Shown here one piece after another: positions 1-11,050 of a stretch of DNA of 64,000 nucleotides. The translations under genes and the position numbers were made by a program. The DNA is from Octopus sinensis. Lineage: Eukaryota. The notes under the pieces were generated by a model. It ran no database searches, was not told where the DNA came from, and was given only the letters and a program-made list of their open reading frames with translations. The stretch covers positions 25,544,001-25,608,000 of the forward strand of contig NC_042998.1 in NCBI RefSeq assembly GCF_006345805.1, given 5' to 3'. Each line of letters begins with the position of its first letter. Position 1 is the first letter of the stretch.

Positions 1-84
1 CAAAGCTATTTTGATAATGCCAATATATATTTGGGTGGCAGGTAATAAAACCAGATTTGATTTAATTATAATTTGAAATTTGTA

Positions 85-249
85 GGCATAGGAGTGGTTG
101 TGTGGTAAGTAGTTTGCTTACAAACCACATGGTTCCAAGTTCAGTCCCACTGCGTGGCATCTTGGGTAAGTGTCTTCTACTATAGCCTCAGAACAACCAA
201 AGCCTTGTGAGTGGATTTGATAGATGGAAACTGAAAGAAGCCCATCATA

Positions 250-298
<49 letters not shown>

Positions 299-882
299 TC
301 TGCTCAGAACTTAGTGCTTGCTTTTTCCATGGGTATGAGTAAGTATTTCACTTATATCTCGTGTATTTGCCGCTGAAGAGGGGAAAATTTCTTATTAATT
401 AACCCCGAAATTGGACCAATATGGTAATAACGAATTTTTTAGAGATTTCTATCGGTTTGTTTCGAGATGCATAAATTATAATGGTTATTGAAAAGTTTTG
501 TCTTTTTTTGGAGCATATTTGGCATTAGAATTTTTCTTTTGCCCTTATCTTGTAAATTATTTATAAATTTAACCTTTAAAGGTATTTTTTGATATGCTGG
601 CCATTGATAAAATTTTTTTCCCGAAAAAAATTTTATCCTACATTACTTATATATATATGTATGTGTGTATGTATATGTTTGTGTGTCTGTGTTTGTTCCC
701 CCAACGTCGCTTGAAAACCGATGCTGGTGTGTTTACATCCCTGTCACTTAGTGATTTGGCAAAAGAGACCGATAGAATAAGTACTAGGCTTACAAAGAAT
801 AAGTCCTGGGGTCGATTTGCTTGACTAAAAGTCGGTGCTCCAACATGGCCACAGTCACATGACTGAAAAAAGTAAAAGAGTA
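85..882 (+). mobile_element. SINE-A (tRNA-like head, internal (TA)n/(TG)n tract, GTAAAAGA tail), split by a ~350-bp insert at ~295-647
   Basis: Head GGCATAGGAGTGG.TGTGTGGTAAG...GTTCAGTCCC and 3' half ...GACTGAAA.AAGTAAAAGAG match about 15 other copies in the window. Confidence 0.85.
367..427 (+). ncRNA. Type I hammerhead ribozyme motif, canonical core
   Basis: Stem I TTGCCG(367-372)/TGGTAA(422-427); CTGAAGA 373-379; stem II GGGG/CCCC; GAAA 407-410; near-palindromic stem III ATTGG-A-CCAAT; predicted cleavage triplet ATA ending at 421. Confidence 0.7.
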
Positions 883-1024
883 ATTTGGATTCAGAATAAT
901 TTAATCAATTTCTACCATAATATTTAATCATATTTTCTGTCATTGTCTCCAGGCCATGCAGCATCTATGTGGTCACCTTAAGTGCTAGAACTAGCAGCCA
1001 AGTAGCCATCAAATTGTACCTTAC

Positions 1025-1505
1025 TGTCATCACCATCATTTAATGTCCATTTTCCATGCTGGCATAGGTTGGACAGTTTGACAGGAGTGGGCAAGGCCAG
1101 GGGACCATACCAGGTTTCATAGTCTGTTTGGCTTGGTTTCTATGGCTGGATGCCCTTCCTAATGCCAACAACTTTACAGAGTGTACTGGATACCTTTTAC
1201 ATTGCACCAGCGCATAGTTTCTGTTTATGTGTCACCAGCAGAGGTGCTTTTTACGTGATACCAGCACAAATGCTTTTTATGTGGCACTAGCATGGGTGCT
1301 TTTTATGTGACACCTCGGCAGAATTTGACTTTGCCTTTCATCTTTTCGGGGTCAATGAATAAAGTACCAGTTTCACACTGGAGTCAATGTAATCGACTTA
1401 ATCCCTTTATCTGTCCTTGTTTGTCCCCTCTATGTTTAGCCCCTTGTGGGCAGTAAAGAAATATATATGACACCAGCACAGTGCTTTGTATGCAACACCA
1501 GCACA
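1025..1505 (-). mobile_element. SINE-C ((GAT)n-tailed retroposon), interrupted by SINE-B
   Basis: Family motif GGATGCCCTTCCTAA.GCCAAC plus GTGCTTTTTA.GTG.CACC subrepeats. Confidence 0.75.
1315..1467 (+). mobile_element. 5'-truncated SINE-B with 7-bp TSD TGACACC
   Basis: TTTGCCTTTCATC.TTTCGGGGTC core and TTTAGCCCCTTGTGGG..GTAAAGAAAT tail; TGACACC at 1308-1314 and 1468-1474. Confidence 0.8.
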
Positions 1506-1998
1506 AGGACACCTCACTGTCCTAGATATACAAAAAAGGCTGCACAGGCATAGACAGAAAGTCTTTAATTATTAGCATGTTTATTCAGGATTGGCCTGAC
1601 CCTAAATAATAACCACAACACAGGCAAAACGACTTGGAATATGTTATAATGCAAAGATGAAAGAAACAAGCTGAGTTCTTATCTTTATTTGCACTCATAT
1701 GCATGCATGTGAAATACGTAATGTCATTAAAGAATTCATATGGCAAGTAATAAATATATGAATAATGTATGTTAAATATGACCTGCTCTCAAATGATTAC
1801 AAGTGGAATGTGATACGACTGGGGGAATATGATGAAAATAATACTACTTTGAATGAATTCAGTAATTTCATAAAGTAGAGGAGAAAATGATTTATTTCCA
1901 TAATGTATTATTTTTCAATAATTATGGATCCAGCACAAAGAAAAATAATCTACATTTCTAAACAGTTAATTATTATTTTTGTTATCATAATTATTATA

Positions 1999-2405
1999 GG
2001 TGCAGGAGTGGCTGTGTGGTAAGTAGCTTGTTTACCAACCACATGGTTCCGGGTTCAGTCCCACTGCATGGCACCTTGGGCAAGTGTCTTCTACTATAGC
2101 CTCGGGCTGACCAAAGCCTTGTGAGTGGATTTAGTAGACAGAAACTGAAAGAAGTCCATCATATATATATATATATGCGTGTGTGTGTTTGTATGTCTGT
2201 GTTTGTCCCCCAAGAATTGCTCGACAACCGACGCTGGTGTGTTTATGTCCCTGTTACTTAGCGGTTTGGCAAAAGAGTCCGATAGAATAAGTACTGGGCT
2301 TACAAAAAAGAATAAGTCCCGGGGTCGAGTTGCTCGATTAAAGTTGGTGCTCCAGCATGGCCACAGTCAAATGACTGAAACAAGTAAAAGAGTAAAGAGT
2401 AAAGA
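1999..2405 (+). mobile_element. SINE-A, full length
   Basis: Complete head, TA tract and tail. Confidence 0.85.
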
Positions 2406-2431
2406 GATTATTATTATTATTATTATTATTA

Positions 2432-3522
2432 CTTTTTTTGTTTTTCTTCTTTCAAATTTGCTTCCATTTCTTGCCAAGTGTCTTCCCGACTCCTAGGGCA
2501 AAGAAACTCATAGTATATATTGGTAGGCCATTAAACCAAACTCAATAGTTCGTTCATTTTTTTTTTTTTTTTTTTAAAAAAAGTTAAATTAAAATACATG
2601 AGCAGCAACAGTTCTCACATTGACAATGCTCTTCTCAATACGTGTGATGTACCAGTTAAGACAATCTTTTGCACTTCTTGCAGGGATGGTAAGCCAGGGA
2701 TCATTCTCATATAATTTTTGGTTCCCTTCTTGATCATTCCTAGTGCTCCTACGATCACTGGTATTGTAACCGCCTTGAGATGCCACATTTTCTCAATTTC
2801 AATGAGTAGGTCTTTATATTTTCTGAGCTTGTCAAACTCTTTCGCTGAGATATTATGATCACAGGGGATGCTCATGTCGATCAATAAGCAAACTTTATTG
2901 TTTTGGTCTTTCACAACAATATCTGGTTTATTGGCCTTGATGGTTCGGTCTGTATGTACTGGAAAGTCCCACAGAATGGTTACATTTTCTCCTTCAGTTA
3001 CAGCCTCAGGGTGGTGATTATACCACTTGTCGGCAGTTTTGATATTGTAATGCCGACTTATTAGCCAGTGGAGATATTGGCCAACTCTGTCATGTCTTAA
3101 TTTATACTCCACTGGTGCTAAGACTTTACATCCAGAGATTAGGTGGTCCACTGTTTCAATCATGTCGTTGCAGAATCGGCATTTTGGGTCTGCTCCATTT
3201 TTCATCACATTGGCCTGGTAGTTCCGGGTTAATAGGCTTTGATCTTGAGCAGCCAGGATGAAACCTTCGCTCTCTGCTTTTAGCCCTGAGCTCCGTAGCC
3301 ACTGATGGGTTTGCTTCTGGTCAACATCAGCTTGTTTGCTGCGGGTCACATATTTGCCGTGCAGAGGTTTCTCCTCCCACCTGTCAGCCAATTGCTCGTG
3401 CGCTTTTTTCATTGCCATCATTTTCACCTTCTTTGCAACAATAGTTGCCGTACTTCCCTCGAGTTGTTCAGTTTGGGTATCCTGCACGAGATCAATAGCA
3501 AATTTTTTGCTTTCCTTTATGA
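2432..3522 (-). mobile_element. 5'-truncated R4/Dong-clade non-LTR retrotransposon (subfamily B): CCHC zinc knuckle plus restriction-like endonuclease, open frame to the stop at 2615
   Basis: ORF 2615..3676 contains CRFC..ETVDHLISGC, RHDRV, KPDIVV..IDMSIP, KLRKYKDL and PVIVGALG; (TAA)n on both sides (2407-2431, 3523-3612). Confidence 0.85.
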
Positions 3523-3558
<36 letters not shown>

Positions 3559-3999
3559 CATTATTATTATTATCATTATCATTGTTATTATTATTATTAT
3601 TATTATTATTAATAAGATCATAATCATCAAAACTCAGTATGCTAGGAAACTTGGATGGTTGAAATAGTTGACACATCCACCTTTCAATATCTTCTTCATA
3701 TTCTGACAGTTAAAACTCTTGTACTCTCTGGAGTACAAGAAGTGTTAAAGGAAGGCTTAAAAGAGGAAAAAATGTATTACTGACAGAAACAGGGCATCAG
3801 CAAATCCAATGGTTTCGTCTTTAGTGATGCAAGGTACTTATAATAATAAAAGCAATAGTGGTGGTGGTAATGGTGGTGGTGGTGGTGTGAAGGTGGTGAA
3901 GGTGCCCAGCATGCTAACAATTCTGCCAGGTCCCTGCCTTAATAATAATAATAATAAAAATAATAATAATAGTAATAATAATAATAATAATCAATGGAA

Positions 4000-4403
4000 A
4001 TTGTAGCTGTGATACCAGTGCCGATGGCATGTAAGAGAACCATCCGAACGTGGCTGTTACCAGTGCCGCCTCGACTGGCCTTCGTGCCGGTGGCACGTAA
4101 ACTGCACCGTCCGATTGTGGCTGTTGCCAGCCTTGTCTGGCCCCGTGCCGGTGGCACGTAAAAAGCACCATCCAATCGTGGCCGTTTGCCAACCTCATCT
4201 GGCACCTGTGCAGGTAGCACGTAAAAAGCACTCACTACACTCACGGAGTGGTTGGCGTTAGGAAGGGCATCCAGCTGTAGAAACACTGCCAGATCAGACT
4301 GGGCCTGGCGCAGCCTTCTGGCTTCCCAGACTCCAGTTGAACTGTCCAACCCATGCTAGCATGGAGAACGGACGTTAAACGATGATGATGATGATGATGA
4401 TGA
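4000..4403 (+). mobile_element. SINE-C, long form with ~60-bp internal subrepeats and (GAT)n tail
   Basis: Repeated GTGCCGGTGGCACGTAAAAAGCAC units followed by GGTTGGCGTTAGGAAGGGCATCC...GGACGTTAAACGATGATG. Confidence 0.8.
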
Positions 4404-4404
4404 A

Positions 4405-4732
4405 TAAAGAAATGGAGAAACTTTCAAAATACAAAGACCTGGAAATAGAGGTAACTCGAATGTGGAATCTAAAAACAGAAACAATTCATATCATAGTAGA
4501 TGCATTAGGCATGATAAAAAATATTCAGACAAATACATAACAAAAACACCAGGACTTACAAACACATATAACATACAGAAAATTGCACTACTAGGCACTG
4601 CACACATACTACACAAAACACTTTCCATACAGTAACCATCAGAGCATCACAACAAATCACAGCACATACCCAGGGAACACAGAGCTGTGCTCGGCAGTGA
4701 AGTGAAAGCACGCTATAAAAATAAAACTACTG
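4405..4732 (+). mobile_element. R4/Dong-clade 3' fragment (subfamily A) with (TAA)n tail
   Basis: Translates KEMEKLSKYKDLEIEVTRMWNLKTETI; ends ACTACTGAATAATAAT like the 24510 and 26387 copies. Confidence 0.85.
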
Positions 4733-4771
4733 AATAATAATAATAATAATAACAATAATAATAGTAATAAT

Positions 4772-4982
4772 GGTTTCAAATTTTGCCACAAGGGCAGGAA
4801 TTTGGTGGGAGGGGATTAGTCGATTACATCAGTCCCAGTGTTTAACTGGTACTTACTTTATCGAACCCGAAGGGATGAAAGGTAAAGTTGACCTCAGTAG
4901 AATTTGAACTCAGACCGTAAAAACAGACAAAATGCCACTAAGCATTTGGCTGGCATGCCATGATCCTCCAGCTCAGTGTCTT
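4772..4982 (-). mobile_element. SINE-B variant (B2 tail)
   Basis: GATGAAAGGTAAAGTTGACCTC..GAATTTGAACTCAGA core. Confidence 0.7.
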
Positions 4983-4992
4983 AGATAATAAG

Positions 4993-5027
<35 letters not shown>

Positions 5028-5739
5028 GATGTTGATGATGTGAATCAATTTTTTTAGATGCTTTGAAGTCACTGTTTTCCTTTTTGCAGTTCTTAATATA
5101 AAAGTGCTCTTTGACTTTTTCAATATTAAGTTCAAAATTATTCACAAAAATAGCCAAAATTAAGTGCAACCAATATATTTATTTTAAAGTTGCATATAAT
5201 TAGAGCTTCATTTCAATTCATGCCTCTTTGTAATGTTTTACTTTTAAATGAACGAATAATTGTTTTATGTATATCTTGTGTTTTTTATATATCTATCCAA
5301 TAAAACTATTTTCCCTGTATCATAAAATAATGTTCCTCTTGAAAAGTTAATGAGTTTATTAATCTATGTAACATGTTTAATAGGAATTAGCTTGAGGATT
5401 TACGAGCATTCTTTAATTATTTGTCCTGAACATTAGGAATCCTAGTTATAGCTCTGCCTTTGTTCATATCAAATAACATTGTATGAAGCATGTCTGAAAA
5501 GTATGATGTTACTTGGTCTGATGTTGTTGTATAAGCCTCAATGCTGAAAATGTGGTGGAAGGAACAAAACAACTTCAGTATGATCTGTTGTATGTACAAT
5601 ATTAACTTGCGTGGAAAAAGTGGATTGCAAATGAGACGGCAAAAAATCCTAGCTGGATATTAATAGCGTTGACTAAAAAAGGGACAGTTGTATCATCATC
5701 ATCCTCCTCCTCATCATCATCATCCTCCTCATCATCATC

Positions 5740-6362
5740 CTCCTCATCATCATCATCATCGCTTAACGTCCATTTTCCATGCTAGCATGGTTTGGACGTT
5801 TCGACCGGGGTCTGGGAAGCCAGGAGGCTGCACCAGGCTCCAGTCTGATTTCGCAGTGTTTCTACAGCTGGATGCCCTTCCTAACGCCAACCACTCATAG
5901 AGTCATCATCATCATCATCATCATCATCGTTTAACGTCCATTTTCCGTGCTAGCATGGGTTGGACAGTTCGACCGGGGGTCTGGAAAGCCAGGAGGCTGC
6001 ACCAGGTTCCAGTCTGATCTGGCAGTGTTTCTACAGCTGGATGCCCTTCCTAGCGCCAACCACTCCATGAGTGTAGTGGGTGCTTTTTGCGTGCTACCGG
6101 CACAGGTGCCAGGGGAGGCTGGCATCAGCCACGATTGGTTGGTGCTTTCTACGTGCCACCAGCACAGAAGCCAGTCAAGGTGGCACTGGCATCCGCCACG
6201 TTTGGATGGTGCTTTTTACATGTCGCCGGCACAGGTATCGTAGCTACAATTTCCATTTGATATTTATTTTGATGATGTACTTGACTCAATAGGTCTCCTC
6301 AAGCACGGCAGGTCATGTGCCACCGGCACAGAAACCAGTCAAGGCGGCGCTGGCATCGGCAT
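5740..6362 (-). mobile_element. Two tandem SINE-C copies (about 5740-5897 and 5905-6362)
   Basis: Two (CAT)n-CGTTTAACGTCC starts; the second carries the long 5' subrepeat region. Confidence 0.8.
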
Positions 6363-6582
6363 GGACAAGAAAACTGCAGCTGGAAAGGGATTTGTTTGGT
6401 GACAGTGGAAACCAATAATAGAAAGTGAAGATTAAGGAAGCTATGAGGAAAAGTGTAGAAGTTGATCTGGAACTATTGAGCTTCAGAGACAAGCTGATAT
6501 AGGACTTAGAGATGAATGGCAATATACTGTAAATCAGACCTGTCTTACTAATATGACCATGAGAAACAAATTGAAATTACAA

Positions 6583-6963
6583 TGTGCCAGTGTGGCTGTG
6601 TGGTAAGAAGCTTACTTCCCAACTGCATGGCTCCAGGTTCAGTCCCAGCAGTTCGGCAAAAGACACCAATAGAATAAGTATTAGGCTTCAAAAAATAAGT
6701 GCTGGGGTCAAACATTTGACTAAAAATTCTTTTACTCTTTTACTTGTTTCAGTCATTTGGCTGTGGCCATGCTGGAGCACCGCCTTTTAATCGAGCAAAT
6801 CGAACTCAGGATTTATTCTTTCTAAGCCTAGTACTTATTCTATTGGTTTCTTTTGCCAAACCGCAAAGTTACGGGGACGTAAACACAACAGCATCGGTTG
6901 TCAAGCGATGTTGGGAGGGGGGTCAAACACAGACACACAAACATATATACACACACACATATG

Positions 6964-7011
<48 letters not shown>

Positions 7012-7392
7012 CATAGGAGTGGCTGTGTGGTAAGTAGCTTGCTACCAACCACATAGTTCCGGGTTCAGTCCCACTGCGTGGCTTCTTGGGCAAGTGTCTT
7101 CTGCCTTGTGAGTGGATTTGGTAGGCGGAAACTGAAAGAAGCCTGTCGTATATATGTATATATATATATATATATATGTGTGTGTATGTGTGTGTGTTTG
7201 TCCCCCTAGCATTGCTTGACAATTGATGCTGGTGTGTTTACATCCCCGTCACTTAGCGGTTCGGCAAAAGAGACCGATAGAATAAGTACTGGGCTTACAA
7301 AGAATAAGTCCCGGGGTCGATTTGCTCGACTAAAGGCGGTGCTCCAGCATGGCCGCAATCAAATGACTGAAACAAGTAAAAGAGTAAAAAGA
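6583..7392. mobile_element. SINE-A cluster: internally deleted + copy, 3' half on -, full + copy at 7010-7392
   Basis: Family head and tail motifs; the + copy starts inside the (TA)n tract of the - copy. Confidence 0.8.
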
Positions 7393-7428
<36 letters not shown>

Positions 7429-7638
7429 GATGGTAAAAGTTTTTATTTTTTCATTTCGTTCCTTTCAGGATTTTATCTTTAATTTTATCTTTAATTCCTA
7501 TGAATGAATTCCTTATGTGTTTAAATGTACACTATATTTTATGAGTAATACATAGTCTTTGGACTAAATTTTTACACGCTAGGCCACTGGAAGTGAAAAT
7601 TTCTATTAATTTCTATTTCCCTTCGATATGATTATATA

Positions 7639-9346
7639 CACTACCGTCAGAAATTAATTAGCACCCTTGATTTTTCTTCACTCAAGGTATGTGCTGTCAC
7701 CTAGTGGCCATATCTCGAACTATTGCTTTGTTGCGAGTTCACTGTTGCGCAGAACGATGATGTAACTTTGTTTGCAGAGCGGTTTGAGAGTCTACAGCCT
7801 AATGATGTTGACATAGCAGTGCAACAACAACTTGGAGTGCGGATGCAGACAAATCTTCCTTTGTTTAATAGATATAGGTAGCGCCTCGCAAGGACCGAAA
7901 TCACACCGTACTAAGTTTTCTCATCGCGTAAGACGTTTTGAACAGCTTGTAGGTTAATTGATTTGTGTATTTGCAAGATTTTTTTTCCTCACAAATTCTC
8001 CTACACTCTGCTTCGTGACGTCACTTCTGGTTCACAAAACTTTCTGTTATACATCAAATAAAGTGAGAAATTCTGCTTTCTTTTTTGTTTAATGAATAAT
8101 AACTCATAGTAGTTTTGTTATAGCATAACATTATTCAAATGAATAGTTTTAATGAAAATAACTGGTTTTTATCGTTCATTCCTAGATGGGCCCAAGACCT
8201 TGCATGACCTTGGAGAGACGGTACGAGGCTCTCTTGTGGCGTGGGAAGCTGTCGGAGGCTGCAATAGCCAGAAAACTTGGTGTAGCCAGGCGCACAATTC
8301 AGTGCTTATTTAAGAAATACGAAGAAACCGGATCAGCAGCTGACAAAAAGGGTAGGGGACAGAAGAGGCTGACGACCCAGTGGGAGGACCGGATGCTGAT
8401 CCGAAAGTCGCTGAACAACCGAAGGGCAACGAGCCGGCAACTGGCGGAGGAGATGCAAAAGGTGACAGGGAAGCAGTTGTTTACAACCACCGTCAAGACC
8501 AGATTACTGGAAGCTGGTCTAAAATCCCGTAGGGCCGCCCGTAAGCCGCTCCTTACAGCCCAAAACCGGAAGAGTCAGCTGCTCTGGGCCCGTGCCCACA
8601 AGACATGGACCGTGCAGCAGTGGCGGACAGTGATGTTCACTGACGAGTCGTGATTCAGTCTCGTCAGTGACAAGCCTGTCCATGTGCGAAGCCACAGGGG
8701 TGAGTGCTTCAACAAAGACTGCATTGCTCCCACCATGAAGCATGGTGGGGGTGGTCTGATGGTGTGGGGGGCGTTCAGCTACAGTGGTGTTGGGCGGCTC
8801 TATGCGGTCGAAGGCAACATCAACGCAGCAAAGTACGTTGAGATAGTACGGAATGCTGCCCTACCCTCTGCGGGATACCTCTTTGGTGGCGAGGAGTATG
8901 TGCTCCAGCAGGACAACGCGCCTCCCCATACAGCCAAGCTCACAACCGGTTTCTTCAAGGACCATGGGGTGACGGTCATGGACTGGCCTGGCCAGTCACC
9001 TGATCTGAACCCTATTGAGAACCTCTGGAGTCGATTGGGTAGGGATTTGAATGTGCAGCAATACAGGAACCGACACAAGCTGTTTGAGGCACTTCTTGCT
9101 GCATGGAGGGCCATCCCTGCACAGTACCTGCAGGCACTCATAGACAGCATGCCGGCCCACGTAGCAGCTGTCATTGCTGCCAAAGGAGGAGCAACATGAT
9201 ATTGACTATTATGTGGTATGCTGGGATATGTTTTAATACATTTTTGATTAAAAACGGGTTCGTTTCTGATAATAAGTTAATTAAATTAAGAAAATGTAAG
9301 AAAATGTAGAAATTTGAGAAGTGCTAATTAATTTCTGACGCAAGTG
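7639..9346 (+). mobile_element. Full-length Tc1-family DNA transposon (1708 bp)
   Basis: 26-bp TIRs CACTACCGTCAGAAATTAATTAGCAC / GTGCTAATTAATTTCTGACGCAAGTG (24/26 match); TA at 7637-7638 and 9347-9348; internal transposase. Confidence 0.95.
8186..9199 (+). pseudogene. Tc1 DD34E transposase with one in-frame TGA at 8651-8653
   Basis: ORFs 8186..8653 and 8684..9199 are in the same frame; N-terminal HTH (IARKLGVARRTI), MFTDES*F, LQQDNAPPH, WPGQSPDLNPIENLW; 34 residues between second D and E. Confidence 0.93.
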
Positions 9347-9351
9347 TATAT

Positions 9352-9528
9352 ATACATACATATATACGACAGGCTTCTTTCAGTTTCCATCTACCAAATC
9401 CACTCACAAGGCTTTGGTCGGCCCGAGGCTATAGTAGAAGACACTTACACAAGGTGCCATACAGTGCAACTGAACCCAGAACCATGTAGTTGATAAGTAA
9501 GCTACTTACCACACAGCCTCTCCTACAC
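9352..9528 (-). mobile_element. SINE-A 5' half abutting the Tc1 right end through its TA tract
   Basis: Reverse complement of family head and core. Confidence 0.8.
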
Positions 9529-9694
9529 CAAATAAAACAAAACAACAAAAAATGCTGAGGGAATTAAATATTTGAGACAGTAGCTATGGCATAAAGAACC
9601 AAAACTATAATATATAATATACACTGTGGATAACTCTGTATAACTCTGTTTTTTATTCTATTTTATATATTTATTTATTGTAAATATGTATATA

Positions 9695-9772
9695 GGATTA
9701 AAGATTATCCGCCAACATAACATGGCTGTCCTGGTTAGGATGAATGTTATGTTGGCAAATAATCTTTACTCT
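9695..9772. repeat. 25-bp inverted repeat hairpin (MITE-like or pre-miRNA-like)
   Basis: Arms 9699-9723 and 9744-9768 match at 23 of 25 positions; 20-nt loop. Confidence 0.75.
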
Positions 9773-10400
9773 AGAGTACTGTTACTGAATGTGTCTCGTG
9801 AGATTTACAAATAGTATTTTTGTATTTTATATGGGATTGATACTGAAATACTGAAAAAATAATGTGGCACATAGTTATTCAGATTATGAAACATAGATTT
9901 ATGAGATATGAATAATTTTCGGTTGCTTACTAATAATAAACATGAATTTAAAAAAAAACCCTGTTGCTTCCACATTAACGTATTAATATATTTTATTTCA
10001 AAATAATTAGCATTTTTTAATGAAATATATCTATTTCAAGTTTAACGAATAAATATAAATAATTTTCATTGATTTCTTATGCAAATTTATTACAAAAAAA
10101 CTATTTTTAGTTAATTTACTTTTCTGTTGTATAAAGTAGGAATTTGTTTATGATATTAGTAATATGCTGGGCCCAAAGAAAGAAGAAAAACAAGTTTGAA
10201 TGATATCATTTTCTTGTAGTTTGGTAGAGGTTACGAACAAGTATCAATTAACCTTACAACACTTGAATTACCAATATGCAAAAATAAAAATATTTGTTGG
10301 GGTGTTTTTCAGATTATTTCAAAGTTGTATATCTGATGTAAAAAAATTTAATTTTCTTACACACACCCACGTGTGTATGTGTGTGTGTGCAGGAATTTTT

Positions 10401-10702
10401 GTTTGTTCCTTCTCAATCCATGCCTGGCTCATAAGGGCCTGTTTCCCGGTTTCCTTGGTGTATAGGTTCCCCACCTGGACAGGACGCCGGTCCGTCGCAG
10501 GTGAGCTGCAAGATGCAGGAGGAAAGAGTGAGAGAGAATTGTGGCGAAAGAGTCAGCAGAAGTTCGCCATTACCTTCTGCCGGAGCTGCGTGGGGCCTAG
10601 GTGTTTCACTCATAAACACACACATCGCCTGGTCTGAGATTCGAACTCGCGGTTGAGGGATCGCAAGTCCGCTGCTCTAACCACTAGGCCATGTGCCTCC
10701 AC
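10401..10702 (-). mobile_element. SINE-D group (tRNA head, D body, tail T1)
   Basis: TGGCCTAGTGGTTAG A-box and GTTCGAATC B-box; tail shared with 55006-55252. Confidence 0.75.
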
Positions 10703-10880
10703 TGTGTGCAGGAATGGCTGTGTGGTTAACGAGTTTGCTCTACAGGCTCATGCTTTTAATTTCAGTCCCAATGAGTTGCACGAGTGGTAAGTATTCCTTA
10801 CTTACAGCCCCAGGATGACCAATGTCTTGTTAGTGAATTTAGCAGATGGGAATTGCTGGAAGCTCATTTTATATATATAT

Positions 10881-11050
10881 GTTTCTTTATTAGCCACACA
10901 GGGCTGCACACAGATGGGACAGATTACAAAGTAGAGCTTACCTTTTTGGTGAGAAAAAAAAAATTTTTTAAAGTGGGGTAGGTTTTTGATCAAAAGCAAT
11001 CGTAAAAGGGACAGAAAAAAGGGGGAAAGAAAAAAAAGAAAAAGAAAAAA
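10881..11050 (-). repeat. Family F copy (probable retroposon 3' end), inverted relative to 11935-12085
   Basis: Terminal 54 bp match the other copy with 4 mismatches; AATAAAGAAA tail. Confidence 0.65.

Noticed and set aside
3523-3676. Poly-Asn N-terminus of ORF 2615..3676
   Set aside because: Read-through of the flanking (TAA)n tract upstream of the truncation point; not part of the retrotransposon protein.
6360-6545. Possible RTE C-terminal remnant
   Set aside because: Only weak, frameshifted resemblance; too degraded to call.
8640-8670. CTGACGA within a 9-bp inverted repeat ACTGACGAG/CTCGTCAGT
   Set aside because: Lies in the transposase coding frame and lacks GAAA; chance dyad.
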